DNA of 27,893 nucleotides from Pseudomonadota bacterium (GTDB lineage: Bacteria > UBA10199 > 2-02-FULL-44-16 > JAAZCA01), in contig JAZDOG010000076.1 in assembly GCA_043798915.1 (NCBI GenBank), forward strand, positions 1 through 27,893. The letters are read 5' to 3'. Numbering within the stretch: the first letter of the stretch is position 1; each line of letters starts with the position of its first letter. A model generated the notes under the pieces. The model had not been told where the DNA came from. It searched no databases and worked only from the letters and a program-made list of their open reading frames with translations. Positions 7,223-16,987 of this stretch are shown piece by piece. Position numbers and translations under genes: made by a program.

Positions 7223-10015
7223 CTATGGTTGCATATTAGGAACGAAAGTCATGTCTCGTGTCCTGTCCTTCTTCTTCCTTTCGCCGCTGGTGCGCTCGAT
7301 CACGAGATACTTTCGCGAGAGCAGATCCTGTTTGTCCCTCGCGCCGATCGCGATCTGGTTGTAGCCCGGCTCGAGGGGAATGGTGACGTCGAACGACATC
7401 GACTGTTTCTCTTCGGGATTGGGCGCGTAGGCGACCTTTTTGTCGCCCACATAGACGAAATAATCGCGGATCGGATCGACGTCCCGGATCGTGCCGGAGA
7501 TTGTGGCCTTCGTTTCAGCGGTCGACTGCGGCGCCTTGGATATCTCGATGGCTGGCGCCTGATAGTCGGCGCCGGCCGGGGGTTTGAGCTCGGAGCTATT
7601 CGTCAAGAGCTCGATCTTCTTGCTCAGGATCTGGTATTTCTTCATGTCGGCGATCGTGAGCTTGATCGAACACGTCTCCTTTGCAAAATCAGGCGCAAGG
7701 TGGAACTGGAAGGAGGCATGCTTCGTAGCCTTGGGGCTGAGGGCTCCGATCTTCACGCGCCCCTTTTCGATGAAGAATTTTTCGCCGCAATCGTTGGATA
7801 CCGTTGTGAAGGTGTCCGGGCTCGTCGCTCCGCTGCCCTGGTTTGTGACGTCGACGGAAAACGCGATGGGCGATCCCTTCGGGAGGGGTTTGCCTTTGGC
7901 GTCGGACGAAAGATTCATGGTGAATGAGAAAGACGGCTCAGGGAGTTCGTCGATGGGTATGATAACGGTGAGCGGCTTTGGGAGGTTGCCGTTTCCTTCC
8001 TCGAAGGATACGTCCATCGCGAGATCCTGGCGGGGCAAGGCCTCGGGTATCTCGATCGGCAGGTTCCAGCTCTTCGTGGCGCCGGGCGCGAGGCGCCCGA
8101 ACGGGAACTCCCGGTTGGCGAGGAACGGCGTATCCGACTGACCGACTGCGACGAGCTTCGAATATGTGCCTGTGCCGGCATTGGTGGCGGTCAGCACCAG
8201 GTCGATCTTGTCTCCTGCCCTTGCCCTCGCGATCTCCGCCTTGCCCTTGCGCAGATGATAGGCGAGCGTGAGCCTGGGTTCGCCGTTGGCCTTTGATAGC
8301 GCCCAATCAACGCCCACGAGCGAAAGCGCCTCGTTGATTTTCTGTTCCTGCTCTTCCCCGGCCTGCTTCACGGTCTCGCGGGCATCGGAGAGCAGCGCTT
8401 CGCGGGAGTTCTTCCCGGACGCAGCCAGGAGGCGCCGCGCCAGCGTTACCGCGAAATCCTTCTCGATGGCTGGCTCCTTTGCGTATTCCTTGGCTACCTG
8501 CTCCTCCTTCGCCTTCTCTTTCCCTTTTTCGTCGCCCTGTTCCTTTTCCTTGGGCTGCAGATAGCGCACATGATATTGCGATGAGGATTTTGCCTCTGAG
8601 GAGGAATGGCCTCCAAGATGTTGTTCGAGATCGAGTTCGCTGGGCAACATATCTTCGACCAGGTCCGCCGCCTTTGCGTCCACAGTGGCCGGCTGAAGGT
8701 CTATGTCCGGCGTGACTCCCACGAGCTGTATGTTCTTGGTTCCGGCCGGCTTGTATTCCGCTATGGTGAGCTTCAGAGCCGAGCCCTCGCCCAGCTCGAA
8801 GAGCGTCTGCACCGATCCCTTGCCGAACGTCCGTCTCCCCATGACGGGGGCCCGGTTGTTGGCCTGGAGGGCGCCCGCGACGATTTCCGATGCTGATGCT
8901 GATCCCTCGTTCACGAGGACGACGATCGGATAATTCACCTCTGAGCCGGCGCGGCGCACGTTCTCCTTCTCGAGGACCTCGCCTCTCGGGCCCACCGTCG
9001 TCACGACGGTTCCGGAACTCAAAAACCGGGCGGCAAGATCAACAGCTATGTTGAGGAGCCCGCCCGGGTTGTTGCGCAAGTCGAGGATCAGGCCGTCGAG
9101 CTTCGCGCCGCCCTGCTGGAAATCCTTGAGGGCGGCCCCTGTGTCTTCGTCGGTGTTGGACTGGAAGCTCTTGAGCTTGAGGTAGCCTATGCGCTTGCCA
9201 TTTTCCGCGAGCAGCCGGTGCTGGACGCTGTCGATATTGATGACCGCGCGGGTGAGCGCAATTTTTCTCGGCGCGCGCCCTTGCCGGTCGACGACGATTG
9301 CGACCTTGGAGCCCACGTCGCCGCGGAGCTTGTTGACCGCGTCCGTGAGCGACATGTTGATCGTCGACTCGTCGCCTATCTGGAGGATTCGGTCGCCGGC
9401 GCGCATCCCGGCGCGGGAGGCCGGCGAGCCCTCGATCGGGGCGATGACCGTGAGGTTTCCGTCCTTGACCGATATGACTATCCCTAAGCCTCCGAACTTC
9501 CCGCGGGTTCCGATCTGGAACTCGTTGTAGACTTTGGGCGACATGAAGTTCGAATGCGGATCCAGGAGTTCGAGCATCCCGTCGATGGCGGCGTATTCGA
9601 TCTCTTCGGGCGGCGTTTCCCCGTGGTAGTTCTCAGCCACGAATGAGAGGATCTCGCGCATCGCTTTTTTGAGATCCGAGTTGGATCCGATCATGCCGGT
9701 CCTGAAGCGCTTCTCCGCGAGCCCGACTTCGACGGCAATCGAACCGTCGTCCTTTTCCTTCACGAGTATTTCCGGGATGAGCCGCTGCATCTGGTTCAGC
9801 GCTCCGGAGAGCATCTTGCGGGGATCTATGCGATCCGGATCGAGGTAATTCCTCTCGATCGCCGTCACTGAGCGGTCGAATAATTTTGCATCGGCGATAT
9901 TGGACGCGCCTCCGGCGTGGCCTGACAAGATGAAGATCGTGGCTGCGCAGATTGCGAGGATAAGCGGGACCACAAGGACGACGCGTTTTCTGTTATTTAT
10001 CATAACTTTTTTCAC
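7223..10015 (-). CDS. S41 carboxy-terminal processing protease with PDZ domain and long C-terminal beta-rich extension (MXAN_5808-like architecture)
   Basis: N-terminal signal/TM, LDPHS, FGGLGI PDZ, LDLRNNPGG, catalytic Ser in NEGSASASEI and Lys in TFGKGSVQ, then about 350 aa of Ig/CARDB-like segments (LTATNAGTG, VDVTNQGSG). Confidence 0.9.
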   Translation of the reverse strand: MKKVMINNRKRVVLVVPLILAICAATIFILSGHAGGASNIADAKLFDRSVTAIERNYLDPDRIDPRKMLSGALNQMQRLIPEILVKEKDDGSIAVEVGLAEKRFRTGMIGSNSDLKKAMREILSFVAENYHGETPPEEIEYAAIDGMLELLDPHSNFMSPKVYNEFQIGTRGKFGGLGIVISVKDGNLTVIAPIEGSPASRAGMRAGDRILQIGDESTINMSLTDAVNKLRGDVGSKVAIVVDRQGRAPRKIALTRAVINIDSVQHRLLAENGKRIGYLKLKSFQSNTDEDTGAALKDFQQGGAKLDGLILDLRNNPGGLLNIAVDLAARFLSSGTVVTTVGPRGEVLEKENVRRAGSEVNYPIVVLVNEGSASASEIVAGALQANNRAPVMGRRTFGKGSVQTLFELGEGSALKLTIAEYKPAGTKNIQLVGVTPDIDLQPATVDAKAADLVEDMLPSELDLEQHLGGHSSSEAKSSSQYHVRYLQPKEKEQGDEKGKEKAKEEQVAKEYAKEPAIEKDFAVTLARRLLAASGKNSREALLSDARETVKQAGEEQEQKINEALSLVGVDWALSKANGEPRLTLAYHLRKGKAEIARARAGDKIDLVLTATNAGTGTYSKLVAVGQSDTPFLANREFPFGRLAPGATKSWNLPIEIPEALPRQDLAMDVSFEEGNGNLPKPLTVIIPIDELPEPSFSFTMNLSSDAKGKPLPKGSPIAFSVDVTNQGSGATSPDTFTTVSNDCGEKFFIEKGRVKIGALSPKATKHASFQFHLAPDFAKETCSIKLTIADMKKYQILSKKIELLTNSSELKPPAGADYQAPAIEISKAPQSTAETKATISGTIRDVDPIRDYFVYVGDKKVAYAPNPEEKQSMSFDVTIPLEPGYNQIAIGARDKQDLLSRKYLVIERTSGERKKKDRTRDMTFVPNMQP

Positions 10016-10023
10016 ACCCCCCG

Positions 10024-10043
10024 AAGCTGACAGCTGTCAGCTT
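10024..10043. promoter_or_regulatory. Perfect 20-bp palindrome immediately upstream of the S41 protease RBS
   Basis: AAGCTGACAG|CTGTCAGCTT is its own reverse complement. Confidence 0.55.
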
Positions 10044-10155
10044 GAAATAGTTATCGGCTGCCGATGATGCGACTGCCCGCCCATTCGAGTCAAGAGAGAA
10101 GTCGAGCATAAACAGCAGTTTTGTGTCTAAATGTCATGTTTTGATGAAGAATTCC

Positions 10156-10184
10156 TTGTCAACCTGTTGAAATATCCATATAAT
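10156..10184 (+). promoter_or_regulatory. Putative sigma70 promoter of the histidine kinase
   Basis: TTGTCA (10156-10161), 17 nt, TATAAT (10179-10184). GAGG SD and TTG start at 10204 follow. Confidence 0.65.
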
Positions 10185-10203
10185 ATGTTCAGCGAGGAAG
10201 ACA

Positions 10204-11607
10204 TTGGATATCGCTCAGGTTTCAGCACAGTTCTTTTCGGCGGCTATGCCCGCTGTTGGCGTAAGTGCGGGGGTTGTAGGCTTCCTGCTGGTCGTAAGCG
10301 GCTGTGCCCTCAGATGGAGGGTGCTCGTCCGTTTCGTCAAGCGGTTCCTGCTCCGTCAGCCACAATATAACTATCGCCGGATATTCGTCGACTACCTTGA
10401 GAGGGTGGGCGCGATCACCGATCGCCGGGAACTCTATCCCGCGATCCTGGCTGCCGCAAGCAGGATCGTCGGCGCCTCGGGGGCTTCGCTGGTCGTTCGC
10501 GATGCCAAGGACCATTTCCAGATCAAATCCTCGAATGGGCTCAAGCCCTTCAGCTTCGAAGTCGAGGATGTGAGGCCATTTCTCGACTGGATCGAAAAAC
10601 ACCGGCGCATCGTCACGCGCCGCGATCTCGTGCACACCAAGGCAGCGAGCGGGATCAAGAGCGAAGGGCTGTGCTACTTCGTGCAGTTCAATGCGGAGGC
10701 GTGCGTTCCGCTCTTCATGAACGACCGCCTCTACGGTGTGATAAACCTGGGCTCCCGCGGACGGGCAGGCTACGACGGCGAGACGCGCGATCTCTTGAAG
10801 CTCATGGCGGTTCAGTTTGCCACCGCCATCCACAATGCGAACCTCTATCAGGCGCTGGTGCGGCAGAATCTCAATCTGCAAGAGGCGTCGCGCTTCAAGA
10901 CGCAGCTCCTCGCCAATCTCTCGCATGAACTGCGCACGCCGCTCTCCAGCATCATCGGTCTTTCCGAACTCATGGCCGAGGGCGGGGACGGTTCTGTCAA
11001 TGACGAGCAGGTGAAGCACCTGTCGCTCATCCGCCAATCGGGATCCAGGCTGCTCGATGCGGTCACGTCGATGCTCGACATAGCCAAGCTTGAGGTCAAC
11101 CGGCTGGATCTCAACGTGCAGAAGGTGAACATCGGGAGAATAGTCCAGCAGGTTGCGGGCGAGTTAAGGCTCAACGACCGCACGACCATCGAGATCAAGG
11201 TGGGCGAGGATGCGCCCGGGATCTACGGAGACGAAAAACGCGTGCGCCAGGTTGTGAAACACATCCTGGGCAATGCGGCCAAATTCACGAACAGGGGCAA
11301 GATCTCCGTGGATGCCGAGAAGTGCGGCGAGATGCTCAAGGTGCGGATCAAGGACACGGGGCCTGGAATCGCACGGGAGCAGCAGAAGGCAATATTCGAG
11401 GGTTTCAAGCAGGCCGACGGAGGCCCTGCCAGGGTGCACGAAGGCCTGGGGCTCGGGCTTGCAATTTCGAAGAAGCTCGTCGAGCTGCACGGCGGACGGC
11501 TCTGGCTCGCGAGCAAGCAGGGCAGAGGGAGCGAATTCTTTTTCACGCTGCCGCTGAAACCAATAGGTGTTTTCAAAAAGGAAAGTTCGACTAAACCAAC
11601 ACTTTAA
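10204..11607 (+). CDS. GAF-domain sensor histidine kinase (HisKA + HATPase_c) with a single N-terminal membrane anchor
   Basis: H-box LSHELRTPL, N-box ILGNAAKFT, G1 DTGPGI, G2 GLGLGLAIS, GAF CVPLFMNDRLYGVINLG. Confidence 0.92.
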   Translation: MDIAQVSAQFFSAAMPAVGVSAGVVGFLLVVSGCALRWRVLVRFVKRFLLRQPQYNYRRIFVDYLERVGAITDRRELYPAILAAASRIVGASGASLVVRDAKDHFQIKSSNGLKPFSFEVEDVRPFLDWIEKHRRIVTRRDLVHTKAASGIKSEGLCYFVQFNAEACVPLFMNDRLYGVINLGSRGRAGYDGETRDLLKLMAVQFATAIHNANLYQALVRQNLNLQEASRFKTQLLANLSHELRTPLSSIIGLSELMAEGGDGSVNDEQVKHLSLIRQSGSRLLDAVTSMLDIAKLEVNRLDLNVQKVNIGRIVQQVAGELRLNDRTTIEIKVGEDAPGIYGDEKRVRQVVKHILGNAAKFTNRGKISVDAEKCGEMLKVRIKDTGPGIAREQQKAIFEGFKQADGGPARVHEGLGLGLAISKKLVELHGGRLWLASKQGRGSEFFFTLPLKPIGVFKKESSTKPTL

Positions 11608-11755
11608 CTTCGCTTTCAGTTATTTCTTCCGGGTTAAGGAAACTCCCTGTCTTCGTTAAGGATTTGAACGGTTGCTTTCATCGGACCGTTTTGATATTTG
11701 CATCTGCCTTTAATAAGTATCTACAAGGAACGGAATAACAAACGGATATTTTCTC

Positions 11756-13345
11756 ATGAACAAGGGACGTCTCTCCATCTCGATTGCCGTGGTCTGTATC
11801 CTGGCCTTCTGGTTCTCCGGCGCGGGTGCTTACGCCCCCAGCCCCAAGCCGGCCGTTGTTCCCCCGGCACCTGAGGCTGGCGCAGAGGGGCCGGCGCTGC
11901 AGGATACGGCCCCGCAGACGAGCGGCTTTTCGCTGGACGATTGCATAAGGTTCGCGCTGGAGAACAACAACAGGCTCAAGGGCGCGGGCTACGCGATAGA
12001 GGCCGCCAAGGGGCAGCTCGCCGAGGCGAAAGCCGCATACTGGCCGATTTTGGAATACACCTACCGTCTGGCGCCAGTGCCGACCGACGTCAACAATGCC
12101 TTCAAAAGATTTTTCGACTGGCAGGTGACGCTCTACAACAGCTTTCATGTCGGCGTGGCGGTTCCGGTCATGACTTTCGGCCAGCTCCACGAGGCAAAGA
12201 AGATAGCGACGAACGGTGTGGCGGCGGCGCGCGAGGAGGAGATCAAGGTCCGCGAGGGGACTATCTATCAGGTGAAACAGCTATACTACGGCATCCAGCT
12301 CGCGAAGGAGATGAAGAAGCTCCTGGAAGAAGCCGACAAGAAGATGGGAGAAAAGATCGCTGATGAGGAAGCGAAGGTCAAAAAGGATATGGACCCCTAT
12401 GACCTGATGAAGATCAAACTCTTCCGGGTCGACGTTCAGAGGAGGCTCGGCGAGGCGCACACCAACCTTGAGATAGCGGAGGAAGGCTTGAGGCTGCAGA
12501 TGGGTCTCGATCCCGACGAGAAGATAATTCTCGACAGCGACCATCTCAAGCCGGTGATCGTCTCGTTCGGCGACGAACGGGATTATATCGATGCGGCTAT
12601 GCAATTTCAGCCGGACGTGCAACTCCTCGACATCGGCGTGGATGTGAGAAAGAGTCAGTACAGGCTCGAGAAATTCAAGCTGTTGCCCGCGGCTGCGGTC
12701 GGTTTTTTCACGGACGTGGGCCGGACGACCGGTTTTGTAGCAGGCGTCACCGCAACCGGCGATTACAACGATCCGTTCAATTACACGCGGGCGGGCGTGG
12801 GGCTCCAGTTCAAGGGGACGATCGACTTCCATGGCGCGTACGGCAGGATAAAGAAGGCCCGCGCCGAGTACTACAAGGCCTCCTTCGACAGGCTCTTCGC
12901 GCGGCGGGGGCTGGCACTAGATATCCGCAAGGCGTTCATTCAGACGAAGCGCATGCGCGATGATGTCGCTCGAGCGAAGAAGGCGGAGGCTATAGCGCGA
13001 CAGATGGCGTTCATTTCGAAGGTCAACATCGACATGGGCATCGGGGACTCCCAGAAGTACGGCGATGCGCTGGCGGGCCTGCTGCTCATGCGGGCCACGT
13101 ATTTCAAGTCGGTCTTCGATTACAACACGGCGCAGGCGGACCTGGCGCAGCGCATCGGAGTGGCGAAGGCAGAGGAGCTTATGCCGCCGGCCGGGGTTGC
13201 GGAATATGAGGCGTTCGATACCGACAGCGAAGAGGGACTTATAACGCTCGAGGGGCCGGGCGACAACGGAGGATCTGGCAGCAAGAACAAGAACAACGTT
13301 GGCAATCCGAACAAAGGAGCGGGAAATGATGACAATCTCGAATAG
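11756..13345 (+). CDS. TolC-family outer membrane efflux protein
   Basis: Signal peptide, FSLDDCIRFALENNNRLK, AKAAYWP, VKQLYYGIQLA, second repeat and YNTAQADLAQRIG C-terminal helix. Acidic low-complexity tail. Confidence 0.82.
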   Translation: MNKGRLSISIAVVCILAFWFSGAGAYAPSPKPAVVPPAPEAGAEGPALQDTAPQTSGFSLDDCIRFALENNNRLKGAGYAIEAAKGQLAEAKAAYWPILEYTYRLAPVPTDVNNAFKRFFDWQVTLYNSFHVGVAVPVMTFGQLHEAKKIATNGVAAAREEEIKVREGTIYQVKQLYYGIQLAKEMKKLLEEADKKMGEKIADEEAKVKKDMDPYDLMKIKLFRVDVQRRLGEAHTNLEIAEEGLRLQMGLDPDEKIILDSDHLKPVIVSFGDERDYIDAAMQFQPDVQLLDIGVDVRKSQYRLEKFKLLPAAAVGFFTDVGRTTGFVAGVTATGDYNDPFNYTRAGVGLQFKGTIDFHGAYGRIKKARAEYYKASFDRLFARRGLALDIRKAFIQTKRMRDDVARAKKAEAIARQMAFISKVNIDMGIGDSQKYGDALAGLLLMRATYFKSVFDYNTAQADLAQRIGVAKAEELMPPAGVAEYEAFDTDSEEGLITLEGPGDNGGSGSKNKNNVGNPNKGAGNDDNLE

Positions 13346-14051
13346 ATGGCGGATCGTCGTGACGGCTGCATTCATCCTGTGCGTCGCCGTCTTTGTTGGA
13401 TCGAACCTCTGCGCGCAGGAAAAAGCCCCCGCAAAGGGCGCGCCGGCAAAGAAATATTATCCGGACGGGACCCCCACGCGCGCGATCCAGAGTCTGGACG
13501 ACCTGCTCGACGACTTCATCGTGAAGGAGCACGACGGGGTCCTCACCGCTGCGGACGAGGCGCACAACAGGGAACTCAAGCAGAAGATCCTGCACGGCAC
13601 CTTCGATATACGCGAGCTCGCGAAGCTTTCGCTTGCAAAGCACTGGGACGGGCTTTCCGGGGGAGAGCGAGAGCGCTTCGTCGGGCTCCTCACCGACCTG
13701 CTCGAGGAGAAGGCGCTCTTTTCGAAGGAGCAGTCGGCGGCCAAGAGCAAGAACGGCGGCAAGTACTTCATCGTCTACCGCGGCCACAAGTTTGAGGACC
13801 CGGGGAAGGACCGCTCCTTCGTGAAGACGAAGGTGGTCGTGCCGTCCGAGAACGTCGACATAGAGCTGGACTACCGCCTCAAGAAGGTCTCCAGCGACTG
13901 GAGGATCTACGACATCATCGTCGATGAGGCGAGCCTCGTCGACAATTACAAATATCAGTTCGACTCCATCATCAAGAAGCACGGGTACCCGGATCTCGTC
14001 AGGCGCATGTCGGAAAAACTCACAAAAATAAGAACAGACAGAAAAAAGTAA
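13326..14051 (+). CDS. MlaC/Ttg2D (HpnM-like) periplasmic lipid-binding protein
   Basis: Signal peptide, FDIRELAKLSLAKHWDGLS..ERERF..L, IELDYRL....WRIYDIIVDEASLVDNYKYQFDSII. AAGGAG SD before ATG 13326, overlapping the tolC end. Confidence 0.85.
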   Translation: MMTISNRWRIVVTAAFILCVAVFVGSNLCAQEKAPAKGAPAKKYYPDGTPTRAIQSLDDLLDDFIVKEHDGVLTAADEAHNRELKQKILHGTFDIRELAKLSLAKHWDGLSGGERERFVGLLTDLLEEKALFSKEQSAAKSKNGGKYFIVYRGHKFEDPGKDRSFVKTKVVVPSENVDIELDYRLKKVSSDWRIYDIIVDEASLVDNYKYQFDSIIKKHGYPDLVRRMSEKLTKIRTDRKK

Positions 14052-14090
14052 GTTCGTCGGCATTAACGCACCATAGATGGGCCGATTCTT

Positions 14091-15491
14091 ATGAAGCGCG
14101 CGATAATAATTCTGGCCGACGGAGCCCGCGCCGACGTGATGAGCGAGGAGCTTGAAGCCGGCCGGCTGCCGAACATCGCGCGCCATCTGCTTCAGGGGGG
14201 GTCGAGCCTTTCGGCGGTGACGAGCTTTCCTTCGACCACCGGCCCCGCTTATCTGCCGTTTCTCACCGGCTGTTTCCCGGGAACGTGCAATGTCCCCGGC
14301 ATACGGTGGTTCGACAAGGCGAGATACGAGGCCGGCTTCTCTTTCGACCGCTATCGCTCCTACGTGGGCCTCGAGAGCTTCCTCATGGCCCGTGACATGC
14401 GGCCGCACATCCGCACCGCCTTCGAAATCATCCCGGACTCCCTGAGCATCTTCAACCCGATAGCGCGCGGCGCCAGCGGTTCCCGCAATCTCACGCGCAT
14501 CAGCCGCATCTGGCACTGGTACTACGCCCATCTCACCGACAGATGGGCGTTCACGGACGACGCGGCGCTCGTGAAATTGCGCCGTGCGCTCGAGCGGAAA
14601 CCGCCTTTTGTCTTCGCCGTTTTCCCCGGCATAGATGAATACTCGCATCTGGCTCACCCGCGGCACGAGAGGGTGTTCGAGCGCTACAGGTGGCTCGACG
14701 GCGCGGTGGGCAGAATCGTCGAAGACCTCAAGCGGGCCGGGGAGTGGGAGAATACGGCGATGTTTCTGGTCTCGGACCATGGCCTTTCGGAGACGCATAC
14801 CCACTTCTGTCTCAACGAGTTCCTCGAGAAGAGGGGGCTGCCCGCATTTTTCTATCCGCTCATCTGCCACAAGCAGGGGAAGCTCTCTGCGACGATGGTC
14901 TCCGGCAACGGCATGGCGCATCTCTATTTCAAAAACCGCGACGGATGGTCGCGCCACACCGTGCGCGAGGAGCTCGAGCGGCTGGCCCCGGGGCTTCTGG
15001 ATGACATGCTCCACGAGGATGCCATCGACATAATGGCGGTGAGAAACGCGGAGGGCGGCGCGGATGTCTTGAGCAGGCGCGGCGAGGCGAAGGTGGGGCT
15101 CGATGGCGGGGTGCTGCATTACGAGGTGGCCGGGAGCGACCCGTTCGGCTATTCCGCGCTCCCGGCCGATCTCGATCCCGCGTCCTGTCTCGGCCTCACC
15201 CTGAACACCGATTACCCCGACGCCCCGTTCCAGATCGCGCATCTGCTCACAGCACCGCGCACGGGCGACGTCATCCTCTCCGCCCGGCCTGGCTTCGACT
15301 TGAGGCTTAAGTACGAGACACCCGAGCACCATGGCTCGCATGGTTCGCTGCACAAGAGCCACATGCGCGTCCCGCTGATCACGAATCTGAAGCTCGCGGA
15401 CAGGCCGGCTCGCACCGCCGACGTATTCCCGACGGTGCTGAAATTCCTCGGCTGCGACATACCCGGCCACATCGACGGCGTTCTGCTGTAG
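14091..15491 (+). CDS. Alkaline phosphatase superfamily, nucleotide pyrophosphatase/phosphodiesterase (NPP) type
   Basis: [15 protein letters not shown] (catalytic Thr), [23 protein letters not shown]. No signal peptide. Confidence 0.87.
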   Translation: MKRAIIILADGARADVMSEELEAGRLPNIARHLLQGGSSLSAVTSFPSTTGPAYLPFLTGCFPGTCNVPGIRWFDKARYEAGFSFDRYRSYVGLESFLMARDMRPHIRTAFEIIPDSLSIFNPIARGASGSRNLTRISRIWHWYYAHLTDRWAFTDDAALVKLRRALERKPPFVFAVFPGIDEYSHLAHPRHERVFERYRWLDGAVGRIVEDLKRAGEWENTAMFLVSDHGLSETHTHFCLNEFLEKRGLPAFFYPLICHKQGKLSATMVSGNGMAHLYFKNRDGWSRHTVREELERLAPGLLDDMLHEDAIDIMAVRNAEGGADVLSRRGEAKVGLDGGVLHYEVAGSDPFGYSALPADLDPASCLGLTLNTDYPDAPFQIAHLLTAPRTGDVILSARPGFDLRLKYETPEHHGSHGSLHKSHMRVPLITNLKLADRPARTADVFPTVLKFLGCDIPGHIDGVLL

Positions 15492-15507
15492 GCGCCAGAA
15501 TTTACCC

Positions 15508-15536
15508 TTGAATTGCCCTCACCCAGAGGTTATAGC
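15508..15536 (+). promoter_or_regulatory. Possible sigma70 promoter of ahcY-etfBA
   Basis: TTGAAT, 17 nt, TATAGC upstream of the GGAGG SD. Confidence 0.4.
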
Positions 15537-15564
15537 CCTCATTCACTTAATCAACGGAGGAAGA

Positions 15565-16971
15565 ATGACAACGTCGGCAAACTACAAAGTGAAGGATATC
15601 GGGCTTGCAGAGTGGGGCCGCAAAGAGGTCGAGATGGCCGAGAAAGAGATGCCCGGCCTCATGGCCTGCCGCGCGAAGTACGGCCAGTCAAAGCCCCTGA
15701 AGGGCGCGCGCATCACCGGCTCGCTCCACATGACGATCCAGACGGCGGTCCTCATCGACACGCTCGTTCATCTGGGCGCCGACGTCCGCTGGGCATCCTG
15801 CAACATCTTTTCGACCCAGGATCACGCGGCTTCCTGCGTCGCGTCGAAGGGCGTGCCGGTCTTCGCCTTCAAGGGGGAGTCGCTGGAGGAATACTGGGAG
15901 TTCACCAGGAGCGCGCTCACCTTCCCGGACAACAAGGGCCCGAACGTCATCGTGGACGACGGCGGCGATGCCACGCTCCTCATCCATCGCGGGTATGCTG
16001 CGGAGGATAAGATCTCGATCCTCGATGAGCATACGGACAACCACGAGATGCGCTGCATAAACGCCATCCTCAAGAGGACTCTCTCGGAGAGGCCGCGCTT
16101 CTGGCACGACATGGTGAAGGATATCCGCGGCGTGTCGGAGGAGACGACCACCGGCGTCCACCGCCTCTACGAGATGCAGGCGAAGGGCGAACTCCTCTTC
16201 CCGGCCATCAACGTCAACGACTCCGTCACGAAGTCGAAGTTCGACAACATCTACGGCTGCCGCGAATCGCTCGTGGACGGCATCAAGCGCGCCACGGACG
16301 TGATGATCGCTGGCAAGGTCGCGGTCATCTGCGGCTACGGCGACGTGGGCAAGGGCTCGGCGCAGTCGCTCTCGGCCCTCAACGCGCGCGTCATCATCAC
16401 CGAGATCGATCCCATCTGCGCGCTCCAGGCGCTCATGGCCGGCTACGAGGTGATGACGGTCGAGGACGCGCTTCCCCATGCCGATATCTACGTCACAGCC
16501 AGCGGCAACTGCGACGTCATCACCGCCGAGCACATGTCGAGGATGAAGGACCAGGCGATTGTTTGCAACATCGGCCACTTCGACAACGAGATACAGGTGG
16601 AGAAGCTTGAGAAGTGGCCGGGCGTCAAGAAGACGAACATCAAGCCGCAGGTGGACTGCTACACCTTCAAGGACGGCCGCTCGATCTATCTCTTGGCCGA
16701 AGGCCGTCTCGTGAATCTGGGCTGCGCCACGGGGCACCCGTCCTTCGTGATGTCCAATTCGTTTACGAACCAGACGCTGGCGCAGATAGAGCTCTTCACG
16801 AAGAAGCATCCGGTGGGCGTCACAACGCTCCCCAAAAAGCTCGACGAGGAGGTCGCGCGCCTGCACATCGGGAAGCTCGGCGGGAAGCTCACGCGCATGA
16901 CCGAGAAACAGGCGTCATACGTGAACCTCCCGGTCGAAGGCCCCTATAAGTCCGATTTCTACAGATATTAA
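15565..16971 (+). CDS. ahcY: Adenosylhomocysteinase (SAH hydrolase)
   Basis: [62 protein letters not shown]. Start ATG 15565 after GGAGG. Confidence 0.97.
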   Translation: MTTSANYKVKDIGLAEWGRKEVEMAEKEMPGLMACRAKYGQSKPLKGARITGSLHMTIQTAVLIDTLVHLGADVRWASCNIFSTQDHAASCVASKGVPVFAFKGESLEEYWEFTRSALTFPDNKGPNVIVDDGGDATLLIHRGYAAEDKISILDEHTDNHEMRCINAILKRTLSERPRFWHDMVKDIRGVSEETTTGVHRLYEMQAKGELLFPAINVNDSVTKSKFDNIYGCRESLVDGIKRATDVMIAGKVAVICGYGDVGKGSAQSLSALNARVIITEIDPICALQALMAGYEVMTVEDALPHADIYVTASGNCDVITAEHMSRMKDQAIVCNIGHFDNEIQVEKLEKWPGVKKTNIKPQVDCYTFKDGRSIYLLAEGRLVNLGCATGHPSFVMSNSFTNQTLAQIELFTKKHPVGVTTLPKKLDEEVARLHIGKLGGKLTRMTEKQASYVNLPVEGPYKSDFYRY

Positions 16972-16987
16972 AGCGGAGGATATTGTC

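Noticed and set aside
13239..15470. 743-aa antisense ORF, and other long shadow ORFs such as 15688-16866, 19073-20101, 22694-24160 and 23194-24183
   Set aside because: They overlap well-supported genes, have no recognisable motifs and are expected from high-GC codon bias.
15492..15564. SAH/SAM riboswitch upstream of ahcY
   Set aside because: The intergenic region is only about 70 nt, mostly taken up by a promoter-like element, with no recognisable aptamer structure.
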